The notes beneath the pieces are model-generated. The model ran no database searches, was not told the origin of the DNA, and was given only the letters and a program-made list of their open reading frames with translations. From a virus, in the IMG/VR virus record IMGVR_UViG_3300025668_000745, positions 1 through 64,000 of that record: a stretch of 64,000 bases of DNA; one strand, written 5' to 3'. Below are positions 18,901-30,900 of the stretch, piece by piece. The position numbers were made by a program, and so were the translations under genes. Every line of letters begins with the position of its first letter. Position 1 is the first letter of the stretch.

Positions 18901-21900
18901 GGCAACCGAACCTTTAATATTTGTAGACAATACTTATCAAACTCCTACAAAGATGATACAGGGGCACGACGGCAGCCTTATAAGGGCATATGATGATTTT
19001 AGAGATGACATAATACTTGAATTTGAAACAAGAATATACAATAATTTAAAAGTTTCGTATAATACAAGATTTTTTGATTATGATAAATTATATGTTAGTG
19101 CAGAAAGAAAAGACGGTCTTAGTTTAGAGTCACTAAACACATCGTTGTCAATTGATTTTGGTCAATGGTTAACATTTACTGGCGGAGTTGATTACCAAAA
19201 GAATTCTTATCTAAATTTAGATAATGCATTTACATATAACTATAACAATTTTGCATTATTCAATAATGACCCAGCTCCTGGGTTCTGGCGTGGAGTGTTT
19301 AATTATGTTTATGATACTGATAGGCCGCACACACATCCTTGGGAAATGTTAGGATTTAGTGTTAAACCTAACTGGTGGGAAGAACAGTATGGTCCGGCAC
19401 CGTATACTGACGGTAATATGGTTCTATGGAGCGATATTGCACAAGGTAAAATTAAAAAACCAGGCGTACCTGTAACTACTATTAAAACAAAAATAAGACC
19501 TTGGCTATTAACACATATTCCTGTTACTGAATTTGGAACTCTCAAAACACCATTAGAAGCAGGCTTAATAAAACAATACAGTAATGCTTTGGCAACAGGA
19601 GATTTTAGATTTGGCGATATGTCTCCTGTCGAAAATGCTTGGCGTAAAAGTAGTGAGTACCCGTTTGCATTACTTGCAGCAACAATTGTAAATTATCCGC
19701 ACTTAGTGTTTGCAACAGGATTTGACAAGTCCAGACAAGTAGTATCTTCACAGGATCAAATAGTTTATAATCCTACAAATAATCAGATTACAATGCAAGA
19801 TATTGTATTTCCAAACATTGCAACAGATACATCAAAGTCGAACACTATAGGGTTAATAAATTACATACAAAATTATTTAACAAGTAAAAGTCAAATTCCA
19901 ATAAGTGTTTATCAAAATGAATTAACAAATATAGATATACGTATTTGTAGTAAGTTAGGCGGATTTACAAATAAAGATAATTTTAAATTAATACTTGATA
20001 GTAGAACACCATTAAATGAAGGTAATGTGTTTGTTCCTTCAGAAAATTATGACATATTTTTAAATACAAGTTCTCCTATAGATCAAGTAATTTATAGCGG
20101 TGTTATAATTGAAAAACTTGAGAATGGTTATTCAGTAAAAGGCTATGACAAAGAAAAAAGTTTATTTTATATTAATGAGCATTTAGAATCAGCTAACGAT
20201 TCTACTTTTGTTACCGGCGGCGTGTCTGATACATATAGTGATTGGCGAGCAACTACTTGGGGCAAAGGACAAATAGTTTTATACAATGGCAATTATTATA
20301 GAGCATTAGATAATATTGAATTAGGTGAGTTTAATCCAGACGAATGGCAAAAATTATTAAGTCTTCCTGTAGTTGGAGGAGTTAGGGCTACTGTAAGAAA
20401 GCGTTTTACAAATAATGTAGTTACTGTGCCCTATGGAACAGTATACGAGACTGTACAAGACGTAGTTGATTTTCTATTAAGTTACGAAAAATATTTACAG
20501 ACTTCTGGGTTTGAATTTAATACCTTTAACAAAGAATTAGAATTAGTTGCTAATTGGTTAACAAGTGCAAAAGAATTTATGTTTTGGACAACACAAAACT
20601 GGGAATTAGGAAGTGTAATTACTTTATCGCCGTCGGCGGACAGATTGGTTTATAATAATAAAAATGCTGTTATAGATAATATATTTGATCCGTTTTACGG
20701 AAATGAAATATTTAAAGCAGACGGTACAAAATTAGACAGAAGCACACTTTCTACATACAGACAAAATAGTGAATTTGTCATTGAAACAAAAACTAATGAC
20801 GGATTGTATTTCTGTAAATTGTATCCAATACAAAAAGAACATGTATTAGTATTAGACAATCGAACAAAATTTAAAGATTATATTTACGATCCAGCAATGG
20901 GCTATAGACAAGATAGAGTTAAAATATTAGGTTATAGAACAAGTGACTGGAATGGCGGTTTTGATATACCTGGTTTTGTTTACGATAATATTAAAGTTAC
21001 ATCTTGGGAAAGTTACAAAGATTATAAAATTGGCGACACAATTAAATTTAAAGAGTACTATTATGTTGCAGATAAAAATATAACAGGTACAGAAACGTTT
21101 GACGCAAGTGTTTGGGTACAATTATCCGAAGCACCAACACCTAAACTAAAACCTAATTGGGATTATCGATCAGCACAATTTGCAGACTTTTATGATCTGG
21201 ATACTGATAATTTTGATACTGAACAACAAAAGTTAGCACAGCATTTGATAGGCTATCAGCCAAGAAAGTATCTTGAAAATATTATTAATGATGAAGTTTC
21301 TCAGTATAAATTTTATCAAGGTATGATAAGAGAAAAGGGTACTAAGAATAGTTTAACAAAATTATTTGATAGTTTAGGAAAATCTGATAAAGATAGTCTA
21401 AAGTTTTACGAAGAATGGGCAGTACGTACAGGTCAATACGGAGCAGTTGATAATTTTAGAGAAGTAGAATACTTAATTGACGAGCAAAAATATATTTTAC
21501 AACCACAACCTGTAAAATTAACTAATTTAATTAGTGCGTCAGACACATCTTTAGTATACAAAATACCAGAAGCTGATGTTTATACTAAACCGTTAGACTA
21601 TAATCATAGCAATTCTTTTGTTAGTAAAACTGATTACTCACAATTTTTAAAAGATGCAGGTTATGTTGCTGAGGAAGATGTCGCTTTTGTAATAAAAGAA
21701 ATAGACGAAATTTTAAATTTAGATTTTTCACAAGTAACAAGATCATCATATATTTGGGTATCTAATAATAATGGTGACTGGGACATACTAAAGCCAACGA
21801 AAACAGAACTTGTAATAGAAAGTATTACAAGTGAAGCTCGAGAAATAACTTTTGATACTAATATACAAGTTACTGATATAAAAGTAAATGATTATATTGG

Positions 21901-24900
21901 CGTTTATGGTATTGTAGAAGATGCAGGTCTTATTAATGACGATAAAATAGGAAGATGTTTTAAAGTTAAGAAAATACAAGGAAGTGCAATTACAGTAGAT
22001 AGTATTGCGCAGGCTCCTGAATCAATTACTACAGGAAGTGCATTTATATACAAATTTGTGTCATATAGAACAAAAGATATAGAAACATTTAACAATAATC
22101 TTAATTCAAATTATCTAACAACTAATGATAAAGTTTGGATCGACAGTGTTGACAACAGTAAGTGGAATGTAGTTTCTAATACTAATCCGTACTATCAACA
22201 TCAAGAAATAACTACTGAGCTTACATTTAAAGATGCTTGGGTAGCAGATACTCGATATAAGAGAAATGACATTGTGTTGTTTAGCGGAGATCGTTATGTT
22301 GCTATTAACGAAGTTACCAGTGCAGTTGATCCAAGTGCGGATACAACAAACTGGCAATTAACAGAGTTTGTTGCAGACGGATTTGGTAGTAAAGTAGTAA
22401 GTGGTAAAAAGAATCAAAATGTATTTGTACTTGCGCAAGATTCGTACAACGGATTAGGCACTATTTTCTATTATCAAAGAAACAGCGAAACTTTAAATTT
22501 AGCATATATGAATAAGTTTGAGTCATTAGAAGAATATGCTACTAACTTTAAATATGATAACATTGCAGTCAGCGACGACGAAGAAATCGTTGTTGTGTCG
22601 TCAAGCCAAGCATCAAATGTAAAAACAAATTATAAAGGTCTGTTTAATGATGCTGCACCTGGCGGAACTTATGTAGAAGGCGATATTGTAGAATATCAAG
22701 ATACATTGTGGAAGTTTAATGCAGATTATATAGACGATGCAAGTACATTGTTTACTGAAGTTCAAGATGTAGTACCAGTCAACAACATACCTGTAGAAAG
22801 TTTAGGATCTACAAGTTACGGAACTTATAACGAACAGGGTGTAATTTTTGTTTATAAAAAATCCGGACCAAGATCATACGCTTTAGTTAATAGTACAATT
22901 AGTAGACGTCCGCAACTTTCTGAATTTTTTGGTAAAGAAGTAGTTATAACACAAAAAGACGGAACATACGAATTATTTGTAAGTGCTCCAGGTACAAATA
23001 CAAATAGAATATACTTTTTAAAATATGACGGCGAAAACAATATTTTAAGTTATAATGAAGACAGAAGATACAAAGGTCAATTTGACGAAAATAAAAGTTA
23101 TAGAAAAGGTGACATTGTTCAATTACTTGTAGAAGGCCAGTCAGCACAACAAGGGCAGCAACTATTTGTAGCAAACAATACATTACCTGCACAGACATTT
23201 TCATCTGATAATTGGAAATTACAAGACCCAGATATAAACTACTTAGAGTATGTTCCTAATACGTTATTTCCTGTTTTAAATGACGATAGTACTGTTCTAT
23301 CTGATGAAGAAAAAGAAAACTTCGGAGATTCATTTGCTGTATCAAGTAACGGAGAAGTATTAGCAGTAGGTATATCAAATTATGCAAAATACGATAACGA
23401 AGCAACTTATTTAACTGGTGACATTGTAAGTAATAATGGAAAAACTTACGAAGCAGTTTCGTCTGTGCCTCCTGTAGTTGAACGAATAATATATTTAGAT
23501 AGTGATGGAATTAGCACAAAAGTTGATATTGCTCCAGGAAGTATTCTTACTCAAGCAAATACTAACGCAACTGGCGTTGTAAAAAACTTAGTTGTTGATA
23601 GTAATAGAATTTTGCTTACTGAAGTTTCTGGAGTATTTGATACTCAATCCGGTAATGAAGTTACAGTTACAACAACAGACAGTTCTCAATTAGAAGATAC
23701 CCCATCTGGTAGATTTATCGGAGAGGTTGTAAATGTTCCTAATGCAGACACTACAAATACAAGTGCTTGGAGAGAAATTGCCGCAGAAAAAGTTGCAATT
23801 TACAGAAAAAATAATACAAGATTTGCATTAGCACAAGTAATTAATGGCACAGTTGAAAATCAAGGCTTTGGCTCAAAGATTGAAATATCAGATGACGGAA
23901 ATACTTTATTGATAGGTGCACCGTTAGCTGATGTAAACAATTACGACGATAGCGGAAAGATTTATGTTTACAAATGGCAGTTACAAAACTGGACATTAAC
24001 ACAGACAATTGAAGCACCGCAAGATTTAAGAAATCAAAAGTTTGGTGATAAGTTTTCGTTTAATGAAGACACTCTTTTTGTAATAACAGAAGGTACTTAT
24101 AAGTTTGATAACGAAGTTACAGACATAACACTTGATGGTAACTTTACAAGATTTGGAGAAAAAAGCAATAACTCAACTAATCTACATGTTTATGATAATT
24201 TACAAGGCGGCTTACTTTATGCTGGTAAAATTATTTTAGATAAAGTTACTAACTTTGTTGATTATAGTGTATATGCAAAAAATAATCATGTTTATATTGG
24301 ACTTCCGTATGCAGGACCTGTTAATGATTATGGTAAAGTATTTGATATCCGACGCCAGGTAAACACAACAAGCTGGAAAGTAGATAAACAACAAACAGAT
24401 ATTATAGATACTACAAAATTAAAAACAGTATTTGCATACAATAAAGATACTAAAAAACTAATAAGTGATATAGATTATATTGATGTATTGCAAGGCAAAA
24501 TTGCTGCTCCGTTAGAACAGGAAATTAACTTTAAAACACATTATGATCCTGCAATTTATGATATAGGAAATGATAGCGTTGTTGTAGATAGCAATCAAAG
24601 TTGGGCTGAAAGATACATAGGAACAGTTTGGTGGAACTTATCAACAAGTAAATTTTATAATCCTTATCAAGGCGATGTATTATATAAAACAAATTATTGG
24701 AACAAAATATTTCCAGGTTATAACGTAGAAGTATGTGAATGGGTCGAAAGTAATTATATACCGAGTCAGTGGGATAGTTTATCCGGAACATCTGAAGGAT
24801 TTGCGCAAGGTATAACAGGTGATACAAAATACGGTGATGATGTTTATGCTACTGGAAGAAAATATGATCCAGAGGCACAAGCATTTACAACAAAATATTA

Positions 24901-27900
24901 TTATTGGGTTGCTCAGAAGAAAACATTACCTAACAATAATTCATATAGAAAACTAACAGCGCAAGAAATTGCGTTAATGATCGAAGATCCTGCAGGACAA
25001 GGATATCGCTTTGTAGCATTATTAGACAATGACGAATTTGCAATGTTTAATCTTAAAGGACTAATTAGTGGTAAAACTACAGCACTTAATTTTAGTTACT
25101 ATGTAAAAGACAATATTAATACAAATATTCATACACAGTATAAAATATTTACAGACGGGCTTGCAACAAGTGTGCCATCAAACGACTTACAAGAAAAATG
25201 GTTTGATAGTTTAATTGGGTATGACAAGTTTTTTAGAGATGTGCCTAACAAAGATCTATCAGAAAAGCAAAAATACGGAACATTAAACACACCTCGACAG
25301 TCGATGTTTAAGAATAAATTTGAAGCTCGTAAACAATTTTTTGAAAGAGTAAATTATGAATTAAACAAACGGATAATATTAGATGATTACGATTTATCTA
25401 ATTTACTGTTAAGCGATATCGAGCCTGACTTTAAAGAAAATAAGTATGATGTAGCTATTGATAATAATTTGCAATTAGAAACTATTAGTTTAGATAATAA
25501 AACTACAGCTGAGATATCAATAGAATTAGTTGATGGTAAAATTAATAAAGTAAAAATTACAAATCCTGGTATTGGGTATGTAACAGCACCAAGTGTAACT
25601 ATCGGAGGTGACGGACAACAGGCTGTTTTAGAAACTGAAATTACAGATGGTAAAGTAACTAATGTTATAATCAAAAACAAAGGCAAAAACTATAATACTA
25701 TTAGTGCAGTAGTTAGACCGTATACAGTTTTAATTCGAGCAGATAATACAGTAGAAAACAAATGGTCGTTGTATAGTTATGATTATGTTGAATTTACGTG
25801 GAAAAGAATAACAGGACAGCAATATGATAATACATTATACTGGTCTTATAAAGATTGGTATGCAGCAACCGTAAGTGAATTAACATCTATTGATTACGTT
25901 GTAGAAAATAATTATGAATTAGAATTACTAAGTGATAAAATTGGTGATATTATCAAGATTCAAACTATCGGAACTGGCGGCTGGCTGTTATTAAGAAAGG
26001 TTGATAATACTAATACTGACACAAGTATTGATTATGAAACTATAGGTAGACAAAACGGCACAATAGAATTTAATAAAAGTTTATGGGACTATAATCAGCA
26101 ACAAATTGGTTTTGACTTAGAAAGTTTTGACACTCAGTTATATGATAACGAACCTGTTAGAGAATTAAGAAATATTTTAAATGCTTTGGCAAATAATATA
26201 TTTGTAGATAATTTACGTCTTGAATGGAATCAATTATTCTTAGCAGGTATTCGTTATGTATTTACAGAACAGCGATATGTAGACTGGGCGTTTAAAACAA
26301 GTTTTGTAAAAGCAGAACATAGACTTGGAGAATTTGAGCAAAAAATTACATTCCAAAATGATAATTTATCCAGCTACGAAGATTATGTACGTGAAGTAAA
26401 ACCTTATAAAACTAAAATTAGAGAATATTTAAGTACATATGAAAAGGTAACTAATACAAATACATTAGTAACAGACTTTGATCTTATGCCGTTGTTTAAT
26501 CCTATTAGTGGTAAAATTGAACCTTTAAATATTAAATTACAACAAGGACAGATATTTGTACAAGAAGGAAAAGCCGACAGCGTTAATAGGAACTGGGCAA
26601 ATAATGTAGGGTTTCAAGTTGAAGAAATCAACGTTTATGATGGCGGAAGAGGATATACTTACACACCTAAAGTTACAATAGAAAGCGTTTCGGGTACAGG
26701 CGCCGAGGCAAGAGCAATAATGCGTAACGGCGAAATTCTTAAAATTGAAGTACTAAAATCTGGCACAGGATATTTGACACAGCCACAAGTAGTTATTGAA
26801 CAACCGACTGGTGAAGATGCAATTAATCCTGTAATTGTTGCACGTATTGGAACAGGACTTCCTCGAGCATTTACAAATAAAATTAAATTTGATAGAATAT
26901 CAGCATTGTCAGATTACGATAGTATATCTGTTGTTGATGAAACATTTACAGGAGTTTCAAATTCACAAATTTATAATCTTGAAAATTCTATGGATTTAAA
27001 TAAAGCAAATGTTTTAGTAAAAATTGACGGTATTGAATTGTTATCAAGTGAATATACTTTTGGCAATACTACAGAAGTTGGTACTACAACATTAAGAGAT
27101 ACTTATGATCTTACAACTGGCAACAATTATTATAATAACTTTAATAGCTTAATAACAAGCGGTACAGATGTTGAACATGGATTTATTAACTTAACAAATA
27201 CTCCTGCACAAGATAGTGTAATAACAGTTTCATATAAGAGATCAGTTGATTCGTTAAATGTAGCAGATAGAATTAGTAATTACTATAAGCCGGCTGTTGG
27301 AATGTATGGCAATGAGTTAACTCAATTAATGGAAGGTGTTGACTACGGAGGCGTAGAAGTTACGTCATTTAACTTTGAAACAGAAAATATTGTAGGATGG
27401 GACCAAGGTGCATGGGATACAGTTGCATGGTCAACTTATACTGAAACTGGCGATGAATTTACATTTTTAAGTGACGGTATTACAACATCGTTTACACTAC
27501 CGGAAGGATCAACACTTGAACAGGATGTAGAATATAATGTTTATATTAATAGTGTGAGAATTGACGCACCTGATTTTGTAGCAGGCACAGATGAAATTCC
27601 TGGCACAGATGAAATTCCTGGTAGTCCGGCAGATGCAGAATACAACAACGGAGCAATTAGTAATGTTACTGGTGCCGGTAGTGATTTCTTCAAACGTGAA
27701 GTTACAACCAACGGCGTAAGAATTATGGGTGCTGGCACAGTAGGTGGGCAAACAGCAGTTCCAGATGCGTGGTTAGAAAAGGTAGCACGTATGTTTGAAT
27801 TGTTTTTAGATCCAACCGGCGCAGGTATTAACGAAGCATTCCAAAGAAACTTAATTAAAACATTAAGTGGTGATGCAGGAACTTGGCACGAAGGATTACC

Positions 27901-30900
27901 GACACTACAACGAGTGGCAAGAGGCGCAGGAGCAGATTATACTCCAAACTTCCTAACTGACGCAGGTGTTATTAGTTGGAACTTAACTCCATTGTTTGAT
28001 ACTCACGTTGCTAACGATATGGTTTGGTACTTGAACTCAACCGGTGACGGATACGGCGTTGGTGAGATCGACGCACAAGAAGTTATTGAACACGTATTCC
28101 ACACACTACATATGCACGGTCTAACAGACGATATAAAACTGTATTCATACATTAGTGCAGATTGGGCAACTGGTCCATTATATGCAGCAATGGAAGAAGC
28201 ATTTGACGCAGGCAAGTGGGATCCATCAGGTTACCAAGCAAATCCAGATGATTGGAAAACAGATGCAGATGCATTTGAAGTGGCAGCAAAAGAATATATG
28301 TTCTTGTTAAACTTTGCTATGTTTGATTACACTGGGCTATGGGACGGCGACAGTCTTGCTCCTGAGTGGGCAGATGATGTACGTACCCCTGCACAAATCC
28401 AAACAACACTTCCAGTAAGTTATGCGTTCTTTAATACATACATTGCTCCGGTTATTAGTAAGCCTTCATTAGCAACTATTAATAGCATATTTGGAGACGG
28501 CAATACACCAGCACAAGACGATCCAAGTTTATCAGGAGCATCAGGTTATGTTGTTGATGCGCTTGTAGGAGGAACTGACGCAGTTGCAGCTATTCCTGGT
28601 GTACCCGGAACATCGGCTACTAATGAAGATGCATTTATGCTTACGATTACAGGTAACGGTACTAATGTATTTGAATTCCCAGATGCAGCAGAATTCCAAG
28701 CATATGTGAGTGATAAGCCTGATGCAGAAATTACTTTACGAAAAGAAACATTTGACGGAGGAACACTACCGGATGAAACATCGTATGACACTTTATTAAC
28801 AGGTGGTGATTTAGCATATGCTTCAGCAACTGGTGTTGCATCAGAAGATATTGTAATTGACGGTGACGGATTTGTTACAATAGCTACAAGTGCAGGACCT
28901 GAAGAAGTTGTTCCTGGACATGTTGCAGATACTCTTGATATAAGAGTTTACAATAGGCCTGATGATGGCGGCAATGTAATTACTACAAGGACATATACAT
29001 ATACTGATACTTCTACTTTTGATATTGGGTTAAATCCGTCATCAACTGAAGGATTCATTGTAAAAATTAATAAACTTATTGTTGATAGTACAAATTATAC
29101 TCTTGACTTTGCACAACGTCAAGTTACTATTACAATGCCACTTTCGGCTAACGACGAAGTAACAATATATTCAATAAGCGGCGGCGCAAGTAATATATTA
29201 GATGTTGATAATTTTATTGCAGATGGTAGTACAAGTGAATATATTACGAATGTATTATATAGAGAAGATGCAAATGCATTAGTAACAGTAAATGGTACTG
29301 AAGTTATATTTGAAATATTTAAAACTGACAGCAGTTATGGCAGTGAAGCTAATTTAATTGGTATTAGATTTGGTGAAGCACCAGTTGCAAATGATTATAT
29401 TTATTTTGCAATAGTAGCAGGAACAACTATTCCACACTCACAAGTTAAGATACAAAACTTTACTGGCGACGGATCATCTACACAATTTTTGTTAGAACAA
29501 TTACCGTATACACTAACTACACCAGTTTACACAAATACTATTATTAATGTAGGCGATGTATTCTTAAATCAAGGATATAATAAAAAGTTTACAGTCAACA
29601 ATGCATTAAACCAATATCAACTTGATGTATGGCAAATACCTACAGGAAGTTTTGATATACAATCTGCAAAAGTGTTTGTAAATAATACATTGTTAGCTTA
29701 TGAAACTGAGTTTTTATGGGACGAGACGACTAATATATTCTCACTTGTGGCAGGTACTGCCCAAGATGGCGATGATTTAAAAATCTTTATTTTAGGTGAA
29801 GAAGAATTTAGTATAGACACTACAAATAATCTAACAACATTAGTATTAGGAAGTGCAGCAGCACTTGATACAAATATTGTAGTGTATTCATTAGGCGACG
29901 ATAGAACTCAATTATTTGAAAGATTCCATTACGATATTGCAATTGATCAAAGTGTATCAACTGAATCGGCTCAATTTAAATTATATCAAAGACTAAAGTC
30001 AGGAAAGATCAAATTAAGAAATAAAGCAGCAAGTCCTGATTTTGTTTGGGTATTTGTTAATGGCATATTACAAACACCAAATCTTGATTATGTATTATCT
30101 GAAGAAATGAACGAAGTAATATATAAAGAATCATTACAATTAAATGACAAAATAGAAGTATTAGAATTTACTACTGGAGGAATTGGCCGTAGATTTGGTT
30201 ATAGAGTATTCAAAGATGTCACAAATAAAACTATTTACAAACGTCTTACAGATGACAGAATATATAAAGTAGCAAAAGATTTTAATTTTTATGATAAAAC
30301 ACTTGAGCTTAATACAACTGCTGGTTTACCTACACCGAGTAAAGATGAGAACATTCCTGGAGTTGTGTTTATTGAAGGCGAAAGAATAGAATACTTTATT
30401 AAGTTAGGCAACACTTTACGTCAATTACGTAGAGGAACACGAGGTACTGGTGTAGGAGAATTATACACAGCTGATACACCAGTTACGGACCAGAGTTTCA
30501 TCCATACTATTCCATATAATGATAATATAGAAGTAGTGAATGAAACAGGAGATGCTACATCGTATGAATATAACTTGCCATATGTACCTAATGTAGTATC
30601 TAATACATTGAACACATCAGCGTGGAATAGAAGTACTATACCATTAACATTTGGACAGTGTAACGAAATAGAAGTATTTGTAGGAGGCAAAAGGTTGCAT
30701 AAAGAGCCATATACAGTTTATGATGTAGTTACAAATACAAATATTACTTATGAAGCAGAATTTTCTGTTAATGGGTATAACTATGGAACACAAGGTAACC
30801 CAATGGGAAGAGTTAGATTAACTAACCCTGCAGGCGACAATACAAATGTAAAAATAGTTAGAAAAATAGGCAAAACTTGGATCAAAGATGGCGAAAAACT

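Noticed and set aside
27584-28615. Intein or mobile intron in the giant gene
   Set aside because: No N-terminal Cys/Ser block, no His-Asn end, no LAGLIDADG or HNH motif, and the frame is continuous. Treated as a domain insertion.
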